From positions 32,001-96,000 of the forward strand of contig JBCBUK010000014.1 in NCBI GenBank assembly GCA_039818205.1: a stretch of DNA of 64,000 bases, given 5' to 3'. The stretch's first letter is position 1. Each line of letters begins with the position of its first letter. The position numbers were made by a program, and so were the translations under genes. Positions 19,456 through 29,107 of the stretch are shown piece by piece. The stretch is from Verrucomicrobiota bacterium. Lineage in GTDB: Bacteria; Verrucomicrobiota; Verrucomicrobiia; Opitutales; Cerasicoccaceae. The notes under the pieces were generated by a model that saw only the letters and a list, made by a program, of their open reading frames with translations, was not told where the DNA came from and did not search any database.

Positions 19456-20988
19456 ATGACAACCCACGAACTTGATCACCTTGCTGATAAATATAAGCAG
19501 ATCCGCTCGGAGATGCTCCAGCAAGACATCACAGCCGGCGAAGGCCCCTTTAAGGCCAGCCCTGAATCTTTACAGCAATTCACCTGTCCCGAATGGTTTC
19601 GTGATGCAAAATTTGGTATTTGGGCTCATTGGGGCCCTCAAGGAGGCCCAAAGAACGGTGATTGGTATGCACGTAATCTATACATGCAGGACTTCGATCC
19701 CGGTGATGGACCGCACCGCAATGTCTACGATTACCACTGTGAGCGGTTTGGCCACCCCTCCGAGGTCGGCTACAAGGACGTGATCAAATGTTGGCAGGCC
19801 GAAAACTTTGACCCCGACGCCCTGATCAGCCTCTACAAGCGTGTGGGCGCAAAGTACTTCATGGCCCTAGCGGTCCACACGGACAACGTTGATTGCTGGG
19901 ACTCGAAATATCATCGCTGGAATTCGGTCAACATTGGGCCGAAGAAAGACATCGTCGCCCTGTGGCGCGATGCGGTTCGCAAGCACGGCCTGCGCTTTGG
20001 CGTTTCCGAGCATACCTCAAACTACTACCACTGGTTTGGCACCAGCCACGGTGCCGACAAGACCGGCCCACTTGCGGGCGTCCCATACGACGGAAACGAT
20101 GAGCGGTATCAGGACCTATACAATTCGGTTTACGTCGATAAGAAGGACGAATGGCTGACCCCCGCCGACTATCCAAAGGAGTGGGCCAAGGAATGGTATT
20201 TCCGCATGAAGGACCTGCTCGACAAGTATGAGCCAGACCTTTTCTACAGCGATGGCGCATTTGCCTTGGACGAATACAGCCTGGCCATTGTTGCCTACTA
20301 CTACAACGAGAGCATCCGCCTGAACGGCAAGCTTGAGGGCGCCTACACGCAAAAGAACCACCCTGGTCTGGGCACATTTATCCCTGGAGCCGGCATCTTT
20401 GACATCGAGCGCGGCTTGGCTCAGGGCATCACCGAAGACCCGTGGCAGATCGACACTTGCCTGGGCAATTGGTTCTACGAGGAAGGATTCGAGTACAAGA
20501 CGCCCGAGATGGTGCTTCACTTCCTAATCGATGTCGTCAGCAAGAACGGCAACATGATGCTCAGCGTGCCACTTCGCCCGGAAGGCACCCTCGACGAAGG
20601 CTGCACCCACATTCTCAACGAGATGCAGGAATGGCTCGACACCAATGGTGAAGGTATCTTTTCGAGCCGCCCATGGAAGGTATTCGGCGAAGGCGGCGTG
20701 ACCGCGTATGAGTCGAAGTGCCACAACGAAGCACCCATCGAGGCTCAGGAAAATGAGTTCCGCTTCACAAAGTCTAAGGGCGGTGACACCATTTATGCAT
20801 TTATTATGAAATATCCGGGTGCCAAGGAGATCGCCATAAACTCGTTTGCCAACGAAGAGAAAGTGGGTAGCGTCGAATTGTTAGGCTACGGACCCGTGAG
20901 CTTCTCGCAGGATGCAAGCAGCCTCAAAGTAACCCTTCCAGAGAACGCCCCGTCCAAGTACGCAAGTACCCTGAAGATTCAGTTCTAA
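19456..20988 (+). CDS. GH29 alpha-L-fucosidase family protein (possibly alpha-L-galactosidase)
   Basis: PEWFRDAKFGIWAHWGP, YSDG nucleophile region, DVVSKNGNMML; no obvious signal peptide. Confidence 0.9.
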   Translation: MTTHELDHLADKYKQIRSEMLQQDITAGEGPFKASPESLQQFTCPEWFRDAKFGIWAHWGPQGGPKNGDWYARNLYMQDFDPGDGPHRNVYDYHCERFGHPSEVGYKDVIKCWQAENFDPDALISLYKRVGAKYFMALAVHTDNVDCWDSKYHRWNSVNIGPKKDIVALWRDAVRKHGLRFGVSEHTSNYYHWFGTSHGADKTGPLAGVPYDGNDERYQDLYNSVYVDKKDEWLTPADYPKEWAKEWYFRMKDLLDKYEPDLFYSDGAFALDEYSLAIVAYYYNESIRLNGKLEGAYTQKNHPGLGTFIPGAGIFDIERGLAQGITEDPWQIDTCLGNWFYEEGFEYKTPEMVLHFLIDVVSKNGNMMLSVPLRPEGTLDEGCTHILNEMQEWLDTNGEGIFSSRPWKVFGEGGVTAYESKCHNEAPIEAQENEFRFTKSKGGDTIYAFIMKYPGAKEIAINSFANEEKVGSVELLGYGPVSFSQDASSLKVTLPENAPSKYASTLKIQF

Positions 20989-21081
20989 TTCATTCGCTGC
21001 CGGATTCGTGCATATTGCAACGGATTCTACACGTGAACGAATTTTTCGCCTAATTGCGGGCTGGATGGGGTAATTAATAGT

Positions 21082-21618
21082 ATGACCCCTCCCCAGCCCT
21101 CAGATAGTTCCGACAAAACCGAGGTCCTGTTGCGCAGATTCTATGCACAGCAGAGTAAGCTTCGGGGTTATGTGTTTTCGGCAACCCGCGACTATCACGC
21201 GACCGAGGACATCCTGCAGTCGACCGCTATTGTGGTCGCACAGAAAGCCACCGAATTCGACTTTACCAAGCCAGAGACGCCCTGGTTTATTGGCATTGCT
21301 CGAAATTACATCAGCAAGTGGTATCGCACGCAAGGGCGGGCGAATCGCTATGTAAGTCTGGATATTCTAGAAGAATACATGCCGGACTACGAATCTTTCG
21401 AGAGCGAGCCCATATCGGAACGCCGCTATGCGCTCAAAATTTGCATCGATCGCCTCCCCAACAAGCAAAAGGAGGTTGTTCGCTTGCGCTACCAGGACGG
21501 TATGGACTGCCAGAATATTGCTGAGCAGCTGGATCGTCCTATCCAAGGCATCTACTCACTACTAAAACGCATTAAAATCGAGCTACGTAAGTGTGTCGAA
21601 TTTCGACTCGGCACCTAG
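21082..21618 (+). CDS. ECF sigma-70 factor
   Basis: EDILQ...WFIGIARN (region 2); CIDRLP...VRLRY...IAEQL...LRKCVE (region 4). Confidence 0.92.
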   Translation: MTPPQPSDSSDKTEVLLRRFYAQQSKLRGYVFSATRDYHATEDILQSTAIVVAQKATEFDFTKPETPWFIGIARNYISKWYRTQGRANRYVSLDILEEYMPDYESFESEPISERRYALKICIDRLPNKQKEVVRLRYQDGMDCQNIAEQLDRPIQGIYSLLKRIKIELRKCVEFRLGT

Positions 21619-21630
21619 AGGAATATCGCG

Positions 21631-22947
21631 ATGAAACCATCAGGAAACAAAGCTGAACAACTGGTCGACGCTTACTTTCTGGGGCAACTCAGTGAAAGTG
21701 AAATCGCTGACCTGCAAGAGCTGCTGAAAACCGATTTTCGCGCGCGCAACTATTTTGCGTCCGCTGCCCGCGACGAATGGCTACTGCACCACCTGCACTC
21801 CGACCTAGACGCTCAACTCGTTGAAGACGAGGGCAGGAGCCGAATTATTTCCGCCCCGATGATGCTGTTCGTTCGCGCTGCGGCCATCATCGTGGTTATG
21901 CTAACCGTCGCTAGCCTATTCATTTACCACGACGGCTCCCATCCCTCCGGGCGCTCACTAGGAGACCGTTCATTCGCGGCTCTTGTGACCGATAACGAGT
22001 CCAAAGCTGTCGCTACCGTGACCGACATCTTTACCCTGGTAAACGACAACATCACCGCGACAATCAACAATGAGTCGCGTAATCTCAATGCTGGCATGCC
22101 ACTTAGAAATGGCGATGAGATCGAGCTTCCTACCGGTGCCCGCCTGACCTTTCAATATGACGGCGAAGAAACCTACGTGAAGATGGGCAGCGGAACACGC
22201 TTCACCCTAGCGGAATCCAATGGCGCTAAATACATTCTCTTGGATACAGGCGAAATGTCTGCCGATGTCGCTCCCCAGCCCGTTGGCAAACCAATGACGA
22301 TTCGCACCAAGGACGCTGAGGCCGTGGTGCTCGGGACGGAGTTTGAGGTCAAGACCGGCGAGGTGACTCGCTTAGCCGTGCTCTCTGGCAAAGTCGGGTT
22401 TCAATCCCCGGACAAAGTGCAGAACATCGAAGTCGATGCCGGACAGTTCGCAACCTCCACCACTGACCAAGACTGGGTCGCTCGCCCATTCATCGAAAAG
22501 GTGCTAACGCCAGTCTTTGACCGCACGCTCAACACCGAGCAACACGATCGCTACATCATTATCGATCCAAAGCGGAATTTCGAGGCCCTCCTTCGCTTTG
22601 ATTTCGGCGATTTAGACGGCTCCTTGATGGAAGCGAAACTTCAGCTGCGAGTCGAAGCCTTTGGCCAAGACTATGGCGGCGCAGGAACGGTTCGTTTATA
22701 CATGGACCCAACAAACGCAACCGACGGTGATCCTGCTCGCGACTCGTTGGTGGAGATCGCTTCCTACTCCGGACGTGTCGACGCGAAGATGAATCTTGAA
22801 TTTGAGATCGATCCTTCGGACCTGAAAGAAGGAATTAACACTTTTATCGTCAAGCTGGACGAAAAGGGAAATGACTTTTGGTTCAGCTCAAGCCGAGGTC
22901 CAAATCCGCCCAAGTTCATTTTGAAGATCGTAAACACCAAGGCTTAA
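21631..22947 (+). CDS. FecR-domain anti-sigma factor with extra C-terminal domain
   Basis: N-terminal helical anti-sigma region, single TM, FecR motif [10 protein letters not shown]...LAVLSGKV; C-terminal ALLRFD...AKLQL...FSS..GPNPPK domain. Confidence 0.85.
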   Translation: MKPSGNKAEQLVDAYFLGQLSESEIADLQELLKTDFRARNYFASAARDEWLLHHLHSDLDAQLVEDEGRSRIISAPMMLFVRAAAIIVVMLTVASLFIYHDGSHPSGRSLGDRSFAALVTDNESKAVATVTDIFTLVNDNITATINNESRNLNAGMPLRNGDEIELPTGARLTFQYDGEETYVKMGSGTRFTLAESNGAKYILLDTGEMSADVAPQPVGKPMTIRTKDAEAVVLGTEFEVKTGEVTRLAVLSGKVGFQSPDKVQNIEVDAGQFATSTTDQDWVARPFIEKVLTPVFDRTLNTEQHDRYIIIDPKRNFEALLRFDFGDLDGSLMEAKLQLRVEAFGQDYGGAGTVRLYMDPTNATDGDPARDSLVEIASYSGRVDAKMNLEFEIDPSDLKEGINTFIVKLDEKGNDFWFSSSRGPNPPKFILKIVNTKA

Positions 22948-22964
22948 CCCCTCAAAAACCATAT

Positions 22965-25900
22965 ATGCGACCCTGTACTAAAACTCGCCATTTTCTGGCA
23001 GTTGGTGCGATAATATCCGCGTTGTTACAATCAGCAGTTGCTCAGCAGGCCGTGACCTCGCTGACGCTCATGAACGCCGATACCGACCAACCAATTGCTG
23101 GACACGATCCGTTTACCAGCGGAGCCACGCTTGACCTGAATACCCTTCCGACGAGGAATCTAAACATTCGGGCCAACACCAACCCAGATCCGGTTGGAAG
23201 TGTCCGTTTTGCCTATGATGGAAATGCAAATTTCCGCACCGAAAGTACCGCACCCTATGCTTTCGCCGGTGACGGTTCCGGTGACTACTTTGATTGGACA
23301 CCAACAGTTGGCAGCCACAGTGTAATCGCAACTCCCTTTACCGCAGCAAGCGGTGGCGGAACCGCCGGGACAGCGCTAACAGTCAACTTTACTGTCACCG
23401 ATTCCGGCAGCGGAGGCGGGGGTGGTGTAACCCCAACCGAAGACACCGTTGACTGCGGCCAACTGCCACTTTCAATTGCGCCACAGGCTTCCTACACGGT
23501 CAACGTCCCTTATACCGCAACGGAATCACGCGATGTCGTCGTCGAGTTTTGGGATGCGGGTTGGCTTGGCCAATCCACCCAGACTGTTGATCCTGGCACG
23601 GGCACTGCGAGCATCTCGATCACCCTAAATGGTGGGGCACCGACTGCAGGCTCCAACTATCTATGGAAGGCTAGCATTCGCCCCGTTGGCGCGAATTGGA
23701 TGGAGAACATCGACGCCTGTAACTCAACGGCAGTAACCGTCACCTCGGCTGGCGGTGGCGGCGGAGGCGGTGGCGGAAGCACCGGCGCCTGGCTCGAACA
23801 GAACGGCATCGTTGTTATCGAGCCTGAAAATGGTGACTTGCTTTCCGACTGGGTCGCTCGCCCGACCACACATCCCGGTGACCCATCGATGGCCGGTAGC
23901 CTTGGCAACGGTTGGCTCGAATGGACGGGTGCACAATCCTTTGGCAATACTCTAAGTGAGTCTCAGGTAAACGGTATCCTCACCTACAATTTCGTCATCG
24001 AAACCGAGGGCGTCTACTACTTCCGTTGGCGCTCCAAACAATACAATGTCGGCACCTTTGACTCCGGCAACGACAACTTCGTCAACTTCGCTACCGGAAC
24101 TCCAGTTAGTGGTTTCCAAGACTTCGGACAGTTCCACAAGGTCTGGGTTCAAAGCAAGCAAGACTGGTCCTGGAGGACTACCTTTGAGCCTCACCATGGT
24201 GATCACTACGCGGATAACCTAATCCGCCGCTATTATACCCCTGGTGTTCACACGATCCGAATCGCTGCCCGCTCACCTGGCCACTCGATCGATCGAATCG
24301 TCCTTTTCCACGAAAGTGTCGATTTCAACCAATCCGCATTTGAAAGCGCCGCTGAATCGCCGCGCGATGGCAGCGGTGGCGGAGGCGGCAGCGACCTCGT
24401 CTTCGATGCCCGAGAAGATTTTCCGAGCCTGGACTCGGGTGAAGTCCCCTACTACGTCGACAATACCTACAATGCGCTCGCGATCAATGCGGGCAACGTC
24501 AACTACCGCGACAAGTTCGCGCGTGCTGAGTTAACCTTCGATGGCGACTCAGACGAATACGATGTCACCATCACCACAGTCGTCGAATACGACGGTGAGT
24601 CGATCTATCGCCTCTTGATCAACGGCACTCAAGTTGCCACCTACACGAACCCACGCGTGGACGAAGCTGGCGACCTGCAACCAAACACCCACACTTGGTC
24701 AGGTATCACGATCAACAATGGCGACACCATCGCGATCGAATCGAACACCGCTTCCAACGGTTTGATACCGGAAGATGATGCGTTCGCCTGGGCGCGCGGT
24801 CGTTGGCGTCAACTTGAACTGACGCCAACCGTCGGACCTCCTCCACCATCGTCTGCACAAAGCACCACCTCTGCTGGTATCTACGGCGAAGATGATGGCA
24901 ATGGAAACTATAAGAAGTGGCACCGCGTTACCGTCGCATTCGAAGGGCCATCCACTTCGGAAACCGCGAATCCAAATCCATTCACGGACTATCGCCTGAA
25001 CGTTACGTTCACCCATCCGGGCACTGGCAAGTCCTACTTGGTTCCCGGCTACTATGCCGCTGATGGAAACGCTGGTGAAACCAGTGCCACGAGCGGAAAC
25101 ATCTGGCGCGTCCACTTCTCGCCCGACGAAACTGGCACCTGGAACTACACCGCCTCCTTCCGCACGGGAACCAACGTCGCCGTCAATGGCAGCCCTACCG
25201 CGGGCACAGCCACATCATTCGATGGCGCGAATGGATCGTTCGACGTGGTTGCTTCCGACAAGGCCGGGCGCGACTTCCGTGGGAAAGGCCGACTCCAATA
25301 CGACGGCACCCGCTACCTTAAGTTTGCCGAAAACGGTGAACCGTTTTTGAAGACTGGCGCGGATGCTCCAGAGAACTTCCTGAACTGCACTGACTTCGAC
25401 GGCACCTATAACCACGGTGGTACCAGTTACCTGAAGGATTGGGGAGCACACGCCCAAGACTGGAATCAAGGCGACCCAACCTGGAAAGGCGGCATCGGAA
25501 AGGGAATCATTGGAGCGGTGAACTATCTCGCGTCCGAAGGACAGAACGTATTCTCCTTCCTCACCTACAATGCAGGTGGCGACAGTAAAGACGTGTGGAT
25601 GTATACGGCCCACGACAACCCGCTTCGCTTCGATTGCTCGAAACTCGACCAGTGGGAGATCGTTTTCACTCATGCGGACGTCACGGGTATGTATCTGCAC
25701 TTCAAGACCCAAGAGACTGAGAACGATGACCTCAATGGTCCCGGCGGCGCCTTCGCGCTCGACGATGGAAATCTGGGCAATGAGCGCAAGCTCTACTACC
25801 GCGAATTGATGGCGCGCTTTGGCCACCACTTAGCACTGAACTGGAACCTCGGTGAAGAGAATACCCAGACAACCGCTCAGGAGCAAGATATGGCATTGTA

Positions 25901-27665
25901 TTTCCATGACAATGATCCGTATAGCCACCACATCGTTCTCCACACCTATCCGAACCAACAAGATCTACGGTATGTCCCTCTGCTCGGCAACAATTCGGAA
26001 TTAACCGGTGTGTCATTGCAGACGAACTATAGCAACGTTCACGCCCACACACTCAAGTGGCTCTCCCAGTCTGCGAACGCGGGTAAACAATGGGTTGTTG
26101 CCAACGATGAACAAGGCCCAGCAAACTTAGCCAATCCGCCTGACACCGGCTTCGCTGGCTACGGTGGCAACACGACCCCCAGCCAAAAGCAAATGCGTTG
26201 GATGGTTGTCTGGGGTAATCTCATGGCCGGAGGTGCTGGCGTCGAACTCTATGCCGGATATCAAAATCCGCACAGTGACTTGACCCTAACTGATTTCCGC
26301 AGCCGTGATCGCATGTGGGACTATTGCCGCCACGCTCTCAACTTCTTCGAGGACAACCTTCCCTACACGGAGATGGAAAGCGCCAACGCGCTGATCGGCA
26401 ACAATAGCAATAATAACGACAAGTATTGCTTTGCAAAAGACGGCGAAGTGTACGCGGTCTACCTGCCCAACGGTGGAACCACCAACCTCGACCTATCGGG
26501 TGCTACGGGAACGTTTGACGTTCGTTGGTTCAACCCACGCGATGGTGGTGCCTTGCAAACCGGCTCCGTTGCTCAGGTAACGGGCGGCTCGAGTGTCTCA
26601 CTCGGGAATGCCCCATCCGACGCCAACGAAGACTGGGCCATCCTGGTCAAGAAGCTCACCGTAGTTAACAGTCTGCCTTTTAGTGACGATTTCGAGGGCC
26701 ACCAAAATGGCGACGGCGTCTTCCAACAAGACGGCTGGAGCGTTGGTGGTAGCGGAAGCGCAGTTGCGCAAAACACCACCGCTTACGAAGGCGACTTAGC
26801 CATGGAGCTGAGCGATCAGGTTACTGCAACGCAGAACCTGGCGAGCGCGGCGGACGTGATTTGGTGCGACCTGCAGGTGCGTTTCGCTTCAACGGAGACC
26901 GGCACCGAACCAAATCTCCCAAACGATGCGAGTGCTGCGGTCTTCCTCGATGAAGCCGGCCTACTCAATGTCGCCGACGGTTCCAGCTGGACAGTTCCAG
27001 CTGGGCTCCAAGCCGTAGCGCCGACCGAATGGCAACGCGTCACGGTTCGCTTAGACTACGGCGCGCAAACCTATTCGGTGTGGCTAAATGATGTCCGCAT
27101 CGCCCAGGATCTTGCCTTCGCCAACAGTGTGTCTTCGTTCGGTGGCATTGAGTTTATCCACAACTCAGCGAACTCAACCTTTGTCGACAACATCCTTGCC
27201 GAGCTCACGGAGCCGCCGTTGCTCGACAACGATGGCGACCAGCTCACCAACTCCTGGGAGCGGGCGCACGGCTTGGACGAAGAAGACAACGGCAGCACCG
27301 ACCCGAATCAGGGCTTTGCCGGCAATGCCGATGGAGACTTGTTCAACAACTTCCTTGAGCTCGCCTTTGACTTAAACCCATCGATCAATGACTCGGAGAA
27401 GGGCCCCTACCCGCACATGTCGACCGAGAACTCCACCGAATATATTGGCATCGTTTATCGCGAAAGCACGGGTGCCGGTCAGTTCGATTTCGTTCCGGAG
27501 TGCACCTACGATTTGGGTATCGCAAGCTGGAGTCCCATAACCACCGAGCGCATCGTTTTGGACCCTGATCCAGATGGTGATGGCTCCTGCCAGTTGGTAG
27601 AAGTTCGCACCCCGATCGACGCCAATCGCAAATTCATCCGCATGCTTGTTCAACTCAGCCAATAG
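22965..27665 (+). CDS. Large secreted multimodular protein with DUF5060 / GH-like TIM barrel / collagen-binding-like domains
   Basis: Signal peptide from ATG 22965; Gly-rich linkers; [12 protein letters not shown]...NPFTDY...WRVHFSPD (DUF5060-like); WNLGEEN and VANDEQG putative catalytic Glu motifs; YAVYLP..G...VRWFNPRDG; DxDGD repeats near the C-terminus. Confidence 0.85.
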   Translation: MRPCTKTRHFLAVGAIISALLQSAVAQQAVTSLTLMNADTDQPIAGHDPFTSGATLDLNTLPTRNLNIRANTNPDPVGSVRFAYDGNANFRTESTAPYAFAGDGSGDYFDWTPTVGSHSVIATPFTAASGGGTAGTALTVNFTVTDSGSGGGGGVTPTEDTVDCGQLPLSIAPQASYTVNVPYTATESRDVVVEFWDAGWLGQSTQTVDPGTGTASISITLNGGAPTAGSNYLWKASIRPVGANWMENIDACNSTAVTVTSAGGGGGGGGGSTGAWLEQNGIVVIEPENGDLLSDWVARPTTHPGDPSMAGSLGNGWLEWTGAQSFGNTLSESQVNGILTYNFVIETEGVYYFRWRSKQYNVGTFDSGNDNFVNFATGTPVSGFQDFGQFHKVWVQSKQDWSWRTTFEPHHGDHYADNLIRRYYTPGVHTIRIAARSPGHSIDRIVLFHESVDFNQSAFESAAESPRDGSGGGGGSDLVFDAREDFPSLDSGEVPYYVDNTYNALAINAGNVNYRDKFARAELTFDGDSDEYDVTITTVVEYDGESIYRLLINGTQVATYTNPRVDEAGDLQPNTHTWSGITINNGDTIAIESNTASNGLIPEDDAFAWARGRWRQLELTPTVGPPPPSSAQSTTSAGIYGEDDGNGNYKKWHRVTVAFEGPSTSETANPNPFTDYRLNVTFTHPGTGKSYLVPGYYAADGNAGETSATSGNIWRVHFSPDETGTWNYTASFRTGTNVAVNGSPTAGTATSFDGANGSFDVVASDKAGRDFRGKGRLQYDGTRYLKFAENGEPFLKTGADAPENFLNCTDFDGTYNHGGTSYLKDWGAHAQDWNQGDPTWKGGIGKGIIGAVNYLASEGQNVFSFLTYNAGGDSKDVWMYTAHDNPLRFDCSKLDQWEIVFTHADVTGMYLHFKTQETENDDLNGPGGAFALDDGNLGNERKLYYRELMARFGHHLALNWNLGEENTQTTAQEQDMALYFHDNDPYSHHIVLHTYPNQQDLRYVPLLGNNSELTGVSLQTNYSNVHAHTLKWLSQSANAGKQWVVANDEQGPANLANPPDTGFAGYGGNTTPSQKQMRWMVVWGNLMAGGAGVELYAGYQNPHSDLTLTDFRSRDRMWDYCRHALNFFEDNLPYTEMESANALIGNNSNNNDKYCFAKDGEVYAVYLPNGGTTNLDLSGATGTFDVRWFNPRDGGALQTGSVAQVTGGSSVSLGNAPSDANEDWAILVKKLTVVNSLPFSDDFEGHQNGDGVFQQDGWSVGGSGSAVAQNTTAYEGDLAMELSDQVTATQNLASAADVIWCDLQVRFASTETGTEPNLPNDASAAVFLDEAGLLNVADGSSWTVPAGLQAVAPTEWQRVTVRLDYGAQTYSVWLNDVRIAQDLAFANSVSSFGGIEFIHNSANSTFVDNILAELTEPPLLDNDGDQLTNSWERAHGLDEEDNGSTDPNQGFAGNADGDLFNNFLELAFDLNPSINDSEKGPYPHMSTENSTEYIGIVYRESTGAGQFDFVPECTYDLGIASWSPITTERIVLDPDPDGDGSCQLVEVRTPIDANRKFIRMLVQLSQ

Positions 27666-27685
27666 CGGCACATCCCATAATTCCC

Positions 27686-28474
27686 ATGCACAAGAAGCTT
27701 ATCACCATCGGCCTTTCAATCGGCCTTGCAACGGCGGCCCATGCGGCCGTCATCATCGACGAAGATTTTGAGAGCTACACGAACGGTGACGGTCTGCAAA
27801 CAATCACCGATTGGTCCGTGGCAACTTCGCCAGCTGCCGGGCTCTATACAATTGCTGGCGGCGCCATAAGCCTCGACACCGGCACTGCCCAAAGAAACTA
27901 CCATGCCGTAAACTCCAACGGCTTCGCGATGAGCAGCGGCGATGTCGCAATCTTATCGGTTGAGTTCCGGTATACCCACACCAGTGGCGGCGATATAACC
28001 ACCAACTTCAATAAGGAGGCTTTTGGGCTCTTGGTTAGCTCAACCCCAAACACCACCGGAGGCACCGTGGCCAAGTTCACCATGACCAACCGCGGCGGCG
28101 CCATTGGAACTCGTCTCCCGATCTCCCCGTGGATTGAAGGTTGGGTCCCCCACACTTCGGTCGGCGTTGATACCACTGCCGGAGGAACCAGTGACTGGGT
28201 CCGGCTGGTGTTGACCTTGACGGACAACGGGACGGACATTCAAGCCCAAGGGGCGGTTTATAACGTCGGCAACAACCAGCTGATTTATACCGGCACTGCC
28301 TACTCTACCGGCATCTCCAGTGGCTCAACCATCTATGCAGGGCTCACCACTGGCTACAATGACGTGGGTGACGTTAGCATCGAGAGCTTCAGTAAATTCA
28401 GCGAAGTCGAATTCGACAATCTCCAGTTCGAGTCAATCGACAATGCCGAAGTATCACTGCTGATTTTCAAGTAA
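27686..28474 (+). CDS. Secreted hypothetical protein (lectin/beta-sandwich-like)
   Basis: Signal peptide ending AHA; EDFESY start; Thr/Gly/Ser-rich; ends EVSLLIFK. Confidence 0.8.
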   Translation: MHKKLITIGLSIGLATAAHAAVIIDEDFESYTNGDGLQTITDWSVATSPAAGLYTIAGGAISLDTGTAQRNYHAVNSNGFAMSSGDVAILSVEFRYTHTSGGDITTNFNKEAFGLLVSSTPNTTGGTVAKFTMTNRGGAIGTRLPISPWIEGWVPHTSVGVDTTAGGTSDWVRLVLTLTDNGTDIQAQGAVYNVGNNQLIYTGTAYSTGISSGSTIYAGLTTGYNDVGDVSIESFSKFSEVEFDNLQFESIDNAEVSLLIFK

Positions 28475-28484
28475 TCAAGTTGCC

Positions 28485-28523
28485 AAACGCCCGTCCGGCA
28501 GCAATGTTGGACGGGCGTTTTTT
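28485..28523 (+). terminator. Rho-independent terminator
   Basis: AAACGCCCGTCC...GGACGGGCGTTT followed by a T tract. Confidence 0.8.
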
Positions 28524-28552
28524 ATTGGCCCTAGTCGATATCAAATTTTGAA

Positions 28553-29083
28553 ATGAAAGCTATCACACCGATTCTTATCGTCGTCTTTTCCGCGATCACT
28601 GGCGTTGTTGGATTCTTCCTTGGTCAAAAAGTAGCCACCGACAAGTTCAATAGCCAAGCGGACTCACCGCCCGACACCGTACTAGCGGCCGAAGCTTCAG
28701 TTGTTGCCGAAGCACAGGCGTCCCCTGAGCCGACAGCCATCGAGGAGCCTGTAGCGATCGAACCGACGCCAATCGCAGTGGCCCCTTCCGCAGATCCCGG
28801 CAGTAAGTTTACCGAGCGGGCCATGCAAAAGACCTTTACCCTGACCAATAAGCAGGGGGTTTCGATTCGGGCTGCAATTCTCTCCATTTCAAATGATACC
28901 GTGAAACTACGCCGCGAAGACGGCCTGGAAACATCCATCAAAATCGATATCCTCAAGGACGAAGATCAGGAATTTTGCCATTACCTACGGGACAATATGC
29001 TCGTTCCCCAACCTCCGATAACGGCCGACGGCCGTCCTCCCAAAGCGGATGGAATCGATTGGGGAAAAATCTTTCAAAACTAG
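28553..29083 (+). CDS. Membrane-anchored protein with SHD1-like domain
   Basis: N-terminal TM, Pro/Ala/Glu linker, TLTNKQGVSIRAAIL...VKLRREDG...LKDEDQEF. Confidence 0.7.
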   Translation: MKAITPILIVVFSAITGVVGFFLGQKVATDKFNSQADSPPDTVLAAEASVVAEAQASPEPTAIEEPVAIEPTPIAVAPSADPGSKFTERAMQKTFTLTNKQGVSIRAAILSISNDTVKLRREDGLETSIKIDILKDEDQEFCHYLRDNMLVPQPPITADGRPPKADGIDWGKIFQN

Positions 29084-29107
29084 TCTTCGTAACCCTTCCC
29101 CGGACTC

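Noticed and set aside
23100..26510. SGAT motifs ([14 protein letters not shown]) in the giant protein as ApbE flavinylation sites
   Set aside because: They lie in Ser/Gly/Thr-rich beta-sandwich domains where such strings arise by chance; no FMN-binding domain context
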